64,000 nt of DNA from an uncultured Methanosarcinales archaeon (GCA_964419615.1 CAYQPU010000001.1:1-64000); one strand, 5' to 3'; positions 28,532-38,393 are shown, counted from the first letter of the stretch. The notes: generated by a model not told the origin, from the letters alone. A program made the numbers and translations.

Positions 28532-29656
28532 TTAAGCCAATATGTTTAGAATGTCTTTTCTATAGAATAATAGTATCCCAAATACAACAATACTAAGTGA
28601 GATTGTGACACCAGTTATGTTGGAGTTATCATTCATATTTATTTTTTGTTCAATAACTTTTGATGTTTTTCCATCATATAATATATTTCCAATTAATTCA
28701 TATTCTCCTGCTTGAGGTAGTTTATAGTTTGTTTTTATGGTTCTTTCTTCTCCAGGTATGATTAGTATTGAATCACTTTCAATTATGTCAAGTAGTTTAT
28801 TATTAAAGTAAATTTTTCCTTGGAATTTGGCATTTAATGGAGCTTTTCCTGTGTTTTTAAATATGGAACTTATTTCTAATATTTGCTCAGTTAATGTTAA
28901 ATCCATTTTTTCAAAGGATCCTTTTCTTGACAAACTTCCAAATGGAAGAATATTAAATGATAGTTCCTGATATTTTATTGGTTTATCTAAACTAACTTGC
29001 AGTTTTGCTAAATGGGTTCCAATATACATATGTTCTGTGCTTCTGTTAATTAGAATCTTTTGTCTTGAATTTGGTAGAATATAATCTGATTCAAAGTTAA
29101 ATTCATCAACAGAGATATTATTTTTTTCAATTAAAAAATTAAATAAAGGTTTTAATTTAACATTTCCATTGTTGTGAACTATAGTTTTAAAGGAAACAAA
29201 GTTTCCTTGTTCTGCATCTTCAACACCAATTTTCTCAACCGCAAGATTGATAACTTGTTTTCCAGTTATCTTGACTTTTGTTTTTATTGATATTCCTGTG
29301 TTAAATGATACGCCTTGTTTGTTTGGGTTATCAATTGATATAGTTATGAATGTGTTGTATTCTCCATTTGAGGTTTCATCAGAAGTATTAACAAAAATAT
29401 CAATAACTTGAGTTTGGTTTGGTTCTATTTTTCCTTTTTGTTGAAAAATTGTAAACCATTCTTTGTAGTCATCTACCTTAGTTTGATATTCTATCACATG
29501 ATCTGAAGGGTTTATTATTAATAGCTGAGTTCTTGCTTGCTCTCCTCTATAGATTTCAATTTCCAATCTTGATGGAGATATTCCTACACCTTGAGCACTC
29601 ACAAATGGAATGAATAGCAAGCTAAGTGCTAACAGCATTAATGTATATTTGGCCAT
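28532..29656 (-). CDS. secreted Ig-fold protein with C-terminal TM anchor (DUF916-like N terminus)
   Basis: signal peptide, GVGISPSRLEI, NNGNVKL, NTGKAPL, C-terminal TM helix. Confidence 0.7.
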   Translation of the reverse strand: MAKYTLMLLALSLLFIPFVSAQGVGISPSRLEIEIYRGEQARTQLLIINPSDHVIEYQTKVDDYKEWFTIFQQKGKIEPNQTQVIDIFVNTSDETSNGEYNTFITISIDNPNKQGVSFNTGISIKTKVKITGKQVINLAVEKIGVEDAEQGNFVSFKTIVHNNGNVKLKPLFNFLIEKNNISVDEFNFESDYILPNSRQKILINRSTEHMYIGTHLAKLQVSLDKPIKYQELSFNILPFGSLSRKGSFEKMDLTLTEQILEISSIFKNTGKAPLNAKFQGKIYFNNKLLDIIESDSILIIPGEERTIKTNYKLPQAGEYELIGNILYDGKTSKVIEQKINMNDNSNITGVTISLSIVVFGILLFYRKDILNILA

Positions 29657-30902
29657 GATAATTACCTGAGACTGTTCCTCTTGGCATTTCCAAAGCTATT
29701 GTTAATTCTCTGTATTGAGAAATACCATAGTTTAGTCCAACTGGAACTAGTTGTTTTGATGTACCAAGAGATCCACCATATCCTGATTCAAAGTCATTGT
29801 CAAGGAAGGAGTATTTTAGGTTGTTAACTGTTATAGTATCAAATACTGAATTTAAATCTGAAGCTCTTATTTCAAAGTCAAGTTGTGTGTTTCCAATGTT
29901 TCTGACGGTTGGATTAGGTGTTGTCATGTCGTGATCTCCTAGTACTTCTACATAAGAGCCAGATTTTCCACTAAAGTTTATTTGAGGCGTGTCAATTTCA
30001 AAGGCGATTAATTCAAGGTATTCTATGTTTTGATTAGAAGTTAGATTATTGCCAGCAGTATCTTCAACAAATAAATCTACAGAATAATTTTCTGGTGCAA
30101 GATAATAGTTAAGTGGTATTTCCAAAGAGTATTGAACAGAGCTAGTGTTAAACTCTCGCACAAATACCATTAGATAATCTTGATTATTAAAACTGATTAC
30201 TGGAGTTTCAAGATCTTCATCATAATCTGTTATGTTGACTTTGATAACAAGGTTTTTTGTTGCACCAGGATTTGGTATAACTTGAATTCCAGCAAATTCT
30301 GAATCATCAGGTGTTAATGTAAATGAATCTAATATTGGAGGATTACTTAGAACTTCAGCATAGATTTCAATTATTTTCTCATTTTCTGCAACTGCATTTG
30401 AATTTGTTGGGCTTGGTGATTGCTGTGAAAAATCAAAACTGTTGTTGTTTGTATCTACAAAGTTATTTCTTGATAGACTTGTTCCTTCATCAACATCATC
30501 TGCAGGTGTTCCCTCGTAAATTAAGGAATCTCCCCAGCCAACAACATCAACTAGCTGTCCTTGACTGTCTAAGAGTTGTACTCCTGAGTTAGTGTTTGGT
30601 AAAGTAATTTCATCAACAAAATCTGGTTCTGACCATTCTTCGGGCCATACCTCATTATCATCTTCGTCTGCAATTAAAAAAGATGTATTTGCTTTCAACA
30701 CAGTATTGTCTGGAATTGTGGCTTGAATACTTGTTGTGTTTAGTTTCCAGCCACTAATGTCAATTTCATCTCCAAGATTATATAATTCAATATACTCACT
30801 ATCTGATTCAGACAAGCTTGGATCATAGTGAACTTCTGTTATGATAACGTTTGCCGACGCAAAAGGGATCAGTAGTAGTAGTAAAAAAAGGTGGGTTTTC
30901 AT
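29622..30902 (-). CDS. secreted lamin-tail-domain protein
   Basis: signal peptide, VIITEVHYDP...EYIELYN..IDISGWKL, VDVVGWG, SPTN. Confidence 0.85.
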   Translation of the reverse strand: MKTHLFLLLLLIPFASANVIITEVHYDPSLSESDSEYIELYNLGDEIDISGWKLNTTSIQATIPDNTVLKANTSFLIADEDDNEVWPEEWSEPDFVDEITLPNTNSGVQLLDSQGQLVDVVGWGDSLIYEGTPADDVDEGTSLSRNNFVDTNNNSFDFSQQSPSPTNSNAVAENEKIIEIYAEVLSNPPILDSFTLTPDDSEFAGIQVIPNPGATKNLVIKVNITDYDEDLETPVISFNNQDYLMVFVREFNTSSVQYSLEIPLNYYLAPENYSVDLFVEDTAGNNLTSNQNIEYLELIAFEIDTPQINFSGKSGSYVEVLGDHDMTTPNPTVRNIGNTQLDFEIRASDLNSVFDTITVNNLKYSFLDNDFESGYGGSLGTSKQLVPVGLNYGISQYRELTIALEMPRGTVSGNYHGQIYINAVST

Positions 30903-30948
30903 AATATCTGTTTGAAATTAGAATTTAATATGAATTGTGGAGGTTTTG

Positions 30949-30963
30949 CCGGAAAGTTTGCGG
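30949..30963. promoter_or_regulatory. 15-bp palindromic site upstream of the LTD gene
   Basis: CCGGAAAGTTTGCGG, 47 nt upstream of the ATG. Confidence 0.55.
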
Positions 30964-31097
30964 TGCTTATTCTACAATATAGTTATTTTTATTTTTGCAG
31001 TGCTTCCACCAAGTTGAATCCTCGTGAAGAATATGATTTTAAGTTGATCTTAACTAGAATTAAAAGCTAATAATAAAAGAAAAAAATTTCATTAAAA

Positions 31098-31325
31098 CTA
31101 ATGTGCTGTAGTAAGTTGATGTTCATAATACGCAGGTTCTGCCTCAATTGTGTCCAAAATCTGTAGAGTCAAATCAGAATATGCTGTTTCAATTTCTCCA
31201 AGTGCTTGCCCTAATTTCGCACCCATTTCTTCTGATATTTTATCAGTTGGATTATATTCTAACATTCCATCAACAATTCTTAGAGTTGCAATATGATCTG
31301 GTGTTTGGTTTATAGTTAAATGCAC
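31098..31325 (-). CDS. small hypothetical protein
   Basis: 75-aa ORF coupled to the upstream ORF. Confidence 0.5.
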   Translation of the reverse strand: MHLTINQTPDHIATLRIVDGMLEYNPTDKISEEMGAKLGQALGEIETAYSDLTLQILDTIEAEPAYYEHQLTTAH

Positions 31326-31540
31326 AAGGTGGTTTTTTTTATTACATAAATCTCATCACCTTCTCCAAATCCAAAAAAACTTTTTGTTTCCTCCAAAAAA
31401 TCTTTTTTGTATGGAAATCTTTGAGCCAAACTAAAGTTCCTTTGTTCCATTAATTCATAAGCCACATGTGTTTCTAATACCTGGTTTGCTGTTGGATTCA
31501 TTCCCTTGCTACTTGTAATAACATCTATTGGATCTACCAT
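31316..31540 (-). CDS. small hypothetical protein
   Basis: 74-aa ORF, SD ggagg. Confidence 0.55.
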   Translation of the reverse strand: MVDPIDVITSSKGMNPTANQVLETHVAYELMEQRNFSLAQRFPYKKDFLEETKSFFGFGEGDEIYVIKKTTLCI

Positions 31541-31653
31541 TGTGATTTCCTCCGATACATTTTGTATAAGGGTAATTTAGTTAATATTTAAATCTTTCCC
31601 AAATTAGTTATTTTTTAGTAGTAAATAATTGGATATAAATATATATAAATAAA

Positions 31654-32580
31654 CTACTCTTTACTCGAAGCCAAATACCTGGCAGCCTTTATCAGTGCCA
31701 TTGCCCCTTGGCCTGCAGAAATAACATATTGATACTCATGACCTGATGCACAATCTCCCGCTGCGAATATTCCTGGAACAGATGCTTTTGTTTGACAATC
31801 TACTTGTATGTGTCCATGGTTATCTAGCTCAACAAGTTCTTTGAATGGTGCTGTGTTTGGTATTCTTCCTATTTCTATGATTATACCTTGAGTATTGATT
31901 TCTTTTTCTGTTCCATCCTGTTCATACTTTAATCCGGAGACAAATTTATCTCCAACAATCTCTGTTGTTTGTGCATTATAAATTACTTCTACTTTGGGAT
32001 TGTTTTTTACTTTCTCCATAAGATATTCATGACCTTTTAATTTATCATCTCTTACAACAAGGTAGATTTTTGATGTAATATCTTTTAGAAAGTCAACAGC
32101 TTCCATTGCAGAATCTCCTCCACCTACAACTGCAACTGTCATATCTGAAAACAATGGACCATCACATATTGAGCAATATGTAACTCCTTTATTGTTTAGT
32201 CTTTCTTCACCAGGCACATTAAGTTTTCTTGGTTTGGATCCTGTGGCAATGATTATTGTTTTTGTTTTATACTCTGAGTTATTGCCAATCACAACAAAAT
32301 GATTTTCTTGTTTCTCTATTTTCTTAATGTATTCTTGTTTGATGTTGACCAGGTTGAATTCCATTTGTTTTTTCATTACTTCACTAAATTCAACTCCTGT
32401 GGTTTGCACAATCCCAGGATAGTTTAATATCTCCCCGCTTGACATGAATTGACCTCCTGCTTCAGCTGAGATGATTTCATACTTTATCCTTTTTCTAGAG
32501 GCATAAATTGCTGCTGTCATGCCTGCAATTCCACCTCCAATTATGATTGTGTCATACATCTTATAAGCCAAGTAGTTCAT
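31654..32580 (-). CDS. trxB: thioredoxin reductase-like FAD oxidoreductase (start probably MYDTII)
   Basis: IIGGGIAG, CSIC redox motif, VGGGDSA, FAAGD. Confidence 0.93.
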   Translation of the reverse strand: MNYLAYKMYDTIIIGGGIAGMTAAIYASRKRIKYEIISAEAGGQFMSSGEILNYPGIVQTTGVEFSEVMKKQMEFNLVNIKQEYIKKIEKQENHFVVIGNNSEYKTKTIIIATGSKPRKLNVPGEERLNNKGVTYCSICDGPLFSDMTVAVVGGGDSAMEAVDFLKDITSKIYLVVRDDKLKGHEYLMEKVKNNPKVEVIYNAQTTEIVGDKFVSGLKYEQDGTEKEINTQGIIIEIGRIPNTAPFKELVELDNHGHIQVDCQTKASVPGIFAAGDCASGHEYQYVISAGQGAMALIKAARYLASSKE

Positions 32581-32794
32581 CTATTTTTGATTTGTTGAAT
32601 CCAACTATCACATTTTCATCAATCAATATAACAGGAACTCCCATCTGACCTGATTTTTCAATCATTTCTTTTCTAGCTTCTGCATCTTCTGCAACGTTTT
32701 TATGTTCAAATTCAACATTTTTCTCTTTAAAATAATCTTTTGCTTTCACACACCATGGACATGTAGGTGTTGAAAAGACTGTAACTTTTGCCAT
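32561..32794 (-). CDS. glutaredoxin (NrdH/YruB-like)
   Basis: FSTPTCPWC, GVPV, VGF; start MAKV overlaps the upstream TAA. Confidence 0.92.
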   Translation of the reverse strand: MAKVTVFSTPTCPWCVKAKDYFKEKNVEFEHKNVAEDAEARKEMIEKSGQMGVPVILIDENVIVGFNKSKIDELLGL

Positions 32795-32907
32795 TATTCT
32801 TGCCTCCATTCTCTTGTGAATATTTCACATTCACATTTCTCTTCATCACATTTGCAGGTTGTACATATTAATTTTTCGCCAACTTGTATGCATTCTTCTT
32901 TTGTCAT
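32794..32907 (-). CDS. 37-aa Cys-rich miniprotein (metallothionein/metal-binding-like), not in the ORF track
   Basis: MTKEECIQVGEKLICTTCKCDEEKCECEIFTREWRQE; SD gggagtga; TAATG coupling to glutaredoxin. Confidence 0.7.
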   Translation of the reverse strand: MTKEECIQVGEKLICTTCKCDEEKCECEIFTREWRQE

Positions 32908-32911
32908 ATAT

Positions 32912-33397
32912 TCACTCCCTTTTTTTTAATTGCTTATCAAGTACCATCAAAGCTGGTTTCATTTCTCCAACCATTTTGAGTTTTTGTACAATCTCATCTG
33001 CTGACGCTTCTTCTTCAACTTGCTCTTTTACAAACCATTGTAAAAAGTTTTCAGTTGCATGATCTTTTTGCTCTCGAGCAAGATCTACGAGAAAGTGTAT
33101 TCTTTTTGTGATATGCACTTCATGATTGTAAGCTGCAGTTATTGCATCTATTGGACTTTTCCATTCAAATGCTGGTTTTGCAATTTCTGTTAATTCTACT
33201 CTGGCTCCTCTTTCATTGACATAATTATAAATTTTCATTGTATGTTCTATTTCCTCTTCAGCTTGCTTGATCATCCAATGGCTAAATCCTGGAAGATTAG
33301 TGGATTCAAAGTATGCTGACATTGATAAATAGATATAGGCAGAAGCTAGTTCTTCATTAATTTGTTTGTTTAATTCATCGGTTACTTTTTTGTTCAT
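32912..33397 (-). CDS. ftnA: non-haem ferritin
   Basis: QINEELASAYIYLSMS, EEIEH, FLQWFVKEQVEEE. Confidence 0.95.
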   Translation of the reverse strand: MNKKVTDELNKQINEELASAYIYLSMSAYFESTNLPGFSHWMIKQAEEEIEHTMKIYNYVNERGARVELTEIAKPAFEWKSPIDAITAAYNHEVHITKRIHFLVDLAREQKDHATENFLQWFVKEQVEEEASADEIVQKLKMVGEMKPALMVLDKQLKKRE

Positions 33398-33411
33398 TTT
33401 TTTCTCCTCCT

Positions 33412-33954
33412 TTATTCAGGTTTGATAGCATCTTGTCCTGGTTCCCAATTTACAGGGCACACATATTCTGAATGCTCATTTATGTATTTTGCTGCCTTAA
33501 TTTTTCTTAGGATTTCTTGAATGTTTCTTCCAATCGCATTGTCGTGAAATTCAAATGCTTTAACATTCTGATCTGGATCAATAATAAATGTTGCTCTAAG
33601 GCTTAAACCTTCCTCTGGAATTAATGTTCCATAAGCTTGTGTTACTCTACGAGCTGGATCAGCAAGCATTGGATATTTTATTTTGGCAATTGCATCAGAG
33701 TTTTCATGCCATGCTTTGTGTACAAAGGCTGTGTCCGTACTAACACTAATTACCTCTGCATCAAGTTTTTTAAATTCTTCATATTTATTTGCCAATTCCT
33801 CAAGTTCAGTTGGACAAACAAATGTAAAATCAGCTGGATAAAAGAATAATACTACCCATTTTCCCGTATAATCAGTTAATTTGATTTTTTTAATATCCTT
33901 ATTAATAAAAGCATCCTCTTGAAAATCCGGTGCTTTATCTCCAATATTTACCAT
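33412..33954 (-). CDS. ahpC: 2-Cys peroxiredoxin
   Basis: FYPADFTFVCPTE and VCP. Confidence 0.95.
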   Translation of the reverse strand: MVNIGDKAPDFQEDAFINKDIKKIKLTDYTGKWVVLFFYPADFTFVCPTELEELANKYEEFKKLDAEVISVSTDTAFVHKAWHENSDAIAKIKYPMLADPARRVTQAYGTLIPEEGLSLRATFIIDPDQNVKAFEFHDNAIGRNIQEILRKIKAAKYINEHSEYVCPVNWEPGQDAIKPE

Positions 33955-33963
33955 AATTTCACC

Positions 33964-34218
33964 TCAAAATTTTATTTTAGTATTTCCTTGATTAATCTTG
34001 GATTGACAAGCAAGTCTTTGATTATCATCTAAATCCATGTCAATTTCTTCTTGTGTTAGCTGATTGAGATTATCCAAACCTTCTTCTACCTGGATTTTAC
34101 ATGAACCACAAGTACCTGCATAGCATCCAAAAACAACACCTAATTTTTCACAGGCATTAGTGATATCACTGCCATCTTTAACTTCAATCTTGTTGCTATT
34201 TGATTCTATTGTTGCCAT
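33964..34218 (-). CDS. [2Fe-2S] ferredoxin
   Basis: GCYAGTCGSC...RLACQ. Confidence 0.9.
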   Translation of the reverse strand: MATIESNSNKIEVKDGSDITNACEKLGVVFGCYAGTCGSCKIQVEEGLDNLNQLTQEEIDMDLDDNQRLACQSKINQGNTKIKF

Positions 34219-34808
34219 TTTCCAAGATTTCTATCTGCTTGTTCCCAATTGATTATCTTAAAGAAGTTTTCAACATATTCTGCTCTTTTGTTTTGGTATT
34301 TAAGATAATATGCATGTTCCCACACATCAAGCATTATAATTGGTTTTAATCCATCTGTTATAGGATTGTCTTGGTTTGGTGTGCCCATTATTTTTAGTTT
34401 ACCATTATCTAAAACAAGCCATGCCCATCCACTTCCAAATCTTGTTAGTGCAGTTTTTGAGAATTGTTCTTTGAATTGATCAAATCCACCAAACTGACTA
34501 TTGATCATATCAGCAACTTGGCCTTTGAAATCCTGATCTTTTTTAAGAATTTTCCAAAACATTGAATGGTTTAAGTGTCCACCGCCACTATTTCTAACAG
34601 CAGTTTGTGTTTCAGCTGGAATATCATTTAAATTCTTTATTAATTCCATTGGTTCTTTTTTCTGTAACTCTGGATTATTCTCCAAAGCCTTGTTAAGTTT
34701 ATTCACATATCCTTGATGATGTTTAGAATGATGTATTTGCATTGTTTTTGCATCTATATATGGTTCTAATGCATCATACTCGTAATCTAATTTTTTTAGT
34801 TCAAACAT
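34206..34808 (-). CDS. sodA: Mn/Fe superoxide dismutase
   Basis: HHSKHH, GGHLNH, FGSGWAW, DVWEHAYY. Confidence 0.95.
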   Translation of the reverse strand: MFELKKLDYEYDALEPYIDAKTMQIHHSKHHQGYVNKLNKALENNPELQKKEPMELIKNLNDIPAETQTAVRNSGGGHLNHSMFWKILKKDQDFKGQVADMINSQFGGFDQFKEQFSKTALTRFGSGWAWLVLDNGKLKIMGTPNQDNPITDGLKPIIMLDVWEHAYYLKYQNKRAEYVENFFKIINWEQADRNLGKWQQ

Positions 34809-34894
34809 TTTTACACCTCCAATTCTGTTTGTTAATTTTTCAAATATAAAGGTTTGTAATTATTTTTTTCTCCGCGTATTTTTATCACATCTGT

Positions 34895-34936
34895 AAAAAA
34901 AAGCCCTGCAGGAAAGAGGCGGGAACCTGCAGTGCC
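34895..34936 (-). terminator. hairpin plus U8, intrinsic-terminator-like
   Basis: CTGCAGG/CCTGCAG stem followed by 8 T on the minus strand. Confidence 0.4.
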
Positions 34937-35061
34937 TTTTTAATTAATTATATAATATTTCATGGTATTGTTGCTTGTCAATTTCATCTTTTATATTGTC
35001 CTTTTCAAGTATGCCATTCATCTTTGTTATTTCTCCATTATTGTCTACACACTTTCCTTCA

Positions 35062-35298
35062 TTACATTGAATTTTTTGCTCGATTTTGTATCACCACCTC
35101 AAAATTTTTGTTTGTTACAATCTTACCAAGTTCTTGTGTTAATTTTTCAACGTCAGCTTCATATGATTCTGCGCATTGCTGCACTGTTTCCCATGTTGCA
35201 ACACAGCAACCAACGCATGGAATGCCGTGTTTTGACAATATTTGCACAGAATCAGGGTATCTTTTTACCAGATCTGCAATGATCATATCCTTTACCAT
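35062..35298 (-). CDS. DUF1858 domain protein
   Basis: DMIIADLVKRYP...GIPCVGC..ATWETV. Confidence 0.85.
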   Translation of the reverse strand: MVKDMIIADLVKRYPDSVQILSKHGIPCVGCCVATWETVQQCAESYEADVEKLTQELGKIVTNKNFEVVIQNRAKNSM

Positions 35299-35421
35299 CT
35301 TAAAAATGATTATTTGTGCTGATTTAATAAATGTATTCCAAATAATTTATGGGATAATTATATTTTGAACTTATGAATTATAAGTAAAATATTTATAGAA
35401 GTTCCATTTTCTTATAGTTCA

Positions 35422-35988
35422 ATGGCAAATAAACCAAAAACATTTTCAAATATTGAAGAATTTGATAAAACATTAGGATTAAACCAAAAGCTAGCTCTTG
35501 ACAAAAGAGATAATGTTATTTTGTCGATGATCCAGCAAAATCCAGATGTTTCTCAGGAAGAGATTGCTAAAATGATTAAGCTTTCCCAGCCTTCTGTTGG
35601 AGCAAGACTTAAGAAATTAAGAGATAAGGGCATTTTGCATAAAGTTAATGGGGTTAATTTTAGAGTGGTTGATTTAAGTTTGGGTTTGGTTCTGGTTAAT
35701 AGTACAGACACTTCTGCTATTATTAGTGAGTTTAGGGATTGTCCTTTTTTTCTTAATGCAATGATTACATCTGGACAGCACAATTTGACATTATTATTTA
35801 TGGCAACAGATTTGAAAAGATTAGAGGGAATTGTTAATCATCATTTGAGGGGAAATGAGAAAGTAAAGGATATTCAATTAAATATTGTTATTTCAACAGC
35901 AAAAGATTTTGTGCTGCCCCTAAATATTAATTATAATAATAAAAATCAGCTTGGGTGTGAGCAGCACTGCAAAGATTGTTTAGCTTGA
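35422..35988 (+). CDS. Lrp/AsnC family regulator with C-terminal Cys cluster
   Basis: SQEEIAKMIKLSQPSVGARLKKL HTH; ends CEQHCKDC. Confidence 0.85.
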   Translation: MANKPKTFSNIEEFDKTLGLNQKLALDKRDNVILSMIQQNPDVSQEEIAKMIKLSQPSVGARLKKLRDKGILHKVNGVNFRVVDLSLGLVLVNSTDTSAIISEFRDCPFFLNAMITSGQHNLTLLFMATDLKRLEGIVNHHLRGNEKVKDIQLNIVISTAKDFVLPLNINYNNKNQLGCEQHCKDCLA

Positions 35989-36459
35989 GGATTTTTCTTT
36001 CCAGGTTGCATTAACTTTTGAGAGTAATTCTGTTAATTTTGGTTTAAGTTTTTCATTCCAAAACACAACAGAATCGTCTATAAACTGTGCTTCTTGTTTT
36101 TTGTTTTTTGTAAGGCCAATTAAGGTATTTCTTGAGACTATCTCCATTATTTGGTTTAGTAATACAATTACTTCTTGTTTTGCATCTTGCTCAAACATTT
36201 GACTTTCAGTTACGCCGATCATGGAACCTGGGTTAGGCATTACAAGCCCGTGCAAATATGATACCCATGAGTTAAATGTTGATGTTATTCTATGACACAT
36301 CATTCTTGATAAGGAGGTGCTTATGAATCCTTCTTTTTGAATAAAATCTCTTAGAAAAAAGATCTTTTCAAGTTCCTCAAACGATGATTTGAATCCTAGC
36401 TCCTGCTTCATCTTAGCAAATTCTTGATCAAATTCCTTTTGTAGCTCGTTACTGACCAT
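35980..36459 (-). CDS. hypothetical protein
   Basis: 159-aa ORF. Confidence 0.75.
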   Translation of the reverse strand: MVSNELQKEFDQEFAKMKQELGFKSSFEELEKIFFLRDFIQKEGFISTSLSRMMCHRITSTFNSWVSYLHGLVMPNPGSMIGVTESQMFEQDAKQEVIVLLNQIMEIVSRNTLIGLTKNKKQEAQFIDDSVVFWNEKLKPKLTELLSKVNATWKEKSSS

Positions 36460-36598
36460 TGTAGGTAAAAGGGAAGGCAGGATTATATTTAAATGATTCC
36501 TTAAACGGACTTTCAGATCAAATTGCTATCCTCAAGTAGTAAAATACCGAAACATTTAAATACTCAAGATATCAATTACTACTCTAAGGTGGTTTTAC

Positions 36599-36840
36599 AT
36601 GGATGAATTATCAGAATTAGTAAAAAAAGATACAAAACACCTTGAAGAAAAAGGGGTTGAGCACGTCAAAAAGAGGGATTACTTGGAGATATACTAGGTG
36701 AAAAACCAATGTTCGAAGATGATGGCGACCAAGAGATCCTAAAAGCTCTTAAAAAAAGAAAAAAGAGCTTTGAAGAAGTCGTGAACCAAAAAAATATAGA
36801 CAAAATTGAATTAGACGAAGTTATGCAAGAGGATTTTTGA
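36599..36840 (+). pseudogene. small acidic ORF split by a -1 frameshift at CAAAAAG (36667..36673)
   Basis: frame-0 ORF stops at 36697; the -1 frame is open from 36670 to 36840. Confidence 0.4.
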
Positions 36841-36876
36841 CAAAGCTTTTTAAAAAAGACCCTGTTCTGAGATATT

Positions 36877-37128
36877 ATGGAATATGAACTTGAGATTAAC
36901 AAAGTTATTAAACAGATTAAAAAACAGAATGCTAAGACTGTTTGTTTACAACTTGCAGATGGACTTAAGCCAAAGGCAAAGATGATACAAGAAGAGATTA
37001 CAAAGGAAACAGATGCTCAGGTTGTTATATGGGCTGGTTCTTGTTTTGGAGCTTGTGATATCCCATTAGAGTTAAAGAATTTGAAAATTGATTTATTAAT
37101 ACAATTTGGGCATAGTGAATGGAAATAA
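36877..37128 (+). CDS. stand-alone N-terminal domain of diphthamide synthase Dph2
   Basis: VCLQLADGLK, GSCFGACD, IQFGHS; only 83 aa. Confidence 0.8.
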   Translation: MEYELEINKVIKQIKKQNAKTVCLQLADGLKPKAKMIQEEITKETDAQVVIWAGSCFGACDIPLELKNLKIDLLIQFGHSEWK

Positions 37129-37241
37129 AAATACAAGTAAATCAAAAATTTCCCTGTATTTTTAGTGTTATAATTCACCCCAAATGCTGAGAAGAAATGA
37201 GAGGAAAACAAGTTATTGTAGTTAAGGAGGTTTTATAACAA

Positions 37242-38393
37242 ATGAAGTTTTTAATTGAATCAGATATTTTGAATAAATTGGAGCCAAACATAACGAAGGC
37301 TGTGGAATTAATAAAAAACAATATTGGTAAAAGTCAAATTGTTATCAGACACCACGCAGATTGTGATGGTTACACTGGAGCAATCGCTGTTGAACAAGCA
37401 GTTAATAGTTCTTTGATTAGTAGGAGAAAATGGTTTTATTTAAAGAGAGTTTCCTCTCGAGCCCCTTATTACGAACATAGAGACGTTTTTTGGGATATTT
37501 CAAATTATTTAAAGGATGTTTCAAAAGATCAAGCACCATTATTGATCCTTATGGATCATGGCAGCACTACTCAAAGTTTGTTTGCAATTAAACTTGCTAA
37601 ACTTTATGGATTGAAAGTCATTGTTATTGATCATCATAAACCAACAATGATTGATGGTAAATCAGTTATTAGTGAGCATGCTGATGTTTTTATTAATCCA
37701 TACCTGGTTGGAGGAGATTCTAATTTAACTGCAGGTATGCTTGGTGTTGAGATTTCAAGATTAATTAAGAAAAATCCAATTTCCCACTTAGCTGCAATTT
37801 CAGGTATTGGAGACAGAGCAGAAGGAAAAGAGTTTGACCAATATTTAAGAATTGCAAAGGAAAAAGGTTATACAAAAGAATTTGCTCGGTCACTTGCACG
37901 ATGTGTTGATTTTGAAGCGTATTATCTTAGTGGAGATTCTAAGTTAATTCATGATTTACTACTGTCAGACTTAAAGGAACAAAAGATTAAGAGTTTTTTA
38001 ATTGAAAATGAGGTTAAAAAGCTTGAAGATGAGGCAAAAGAGTCATTACTTGGTTTAACTAATATTTCGGGTCAAGGGTTTAAGATAATTGAGATTAATG
38101 TTGAAAGTTTACAATGGGGATATCCTTCACAAGGTAAAGCAACTGGTTTAATGTTTAGGCATTTTGAAAATGAGTATAATGAAAAGATTTTAGTTTTAGG
38201 GATTGGTGAATCAGCAATCACTATCAGAACTAATTTGAATAATTTCGATGTTAATGAGATAATTGCACAATTAAAAGAAAAGTGCAAGCATGCTGCTGCT
38301 GGTGGCGGTGGTCATGAAGTTGCTGGAACAATTCATTTTGTTGCTGCTGCAAAACAAGATGTGCTTAATGCTATTAAGGATCATGCAAAATGA
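37242..38393 (+). CDS. DHH/RecJ-like phosphoesterase
   Basis: HHADCDG, DHG, IDHH, GGGGH..AG. Confidence 0.88.
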   Translation: MKFLIESDILNKLEPNITKAVELIKNNIGKSQIVIRHHADCDGYTGAIAVEQAVNSSLISRRKWFYLKRVSSRAPYYEHRDVFWDISNYLKDVSKDQAPLLILMDHGSTTQSLFAIKLAKLYGLKVIVIDHHKPTMIDGKSVISEHADVFINPYLVGGDSNLTAGMLGVEISRLIKKNPISHLAAISGIGDRAEGKEFDQYLRIAKEKGYTKEFARSLARCVDFEAYYLSGDSKLIHDLLLSDLKEQKIKSFLIENEVKKLEDEAKESLLGLTNISGQGFKIIEINVESLQWGYPSQGKATGLMFRHFENEYNEKILVLGIGESAITIRTNLNNFDVNEIIAQLKEKCKHAAAGGGGHEVAGTIHFVAAAKQDVLNAIKDHAK

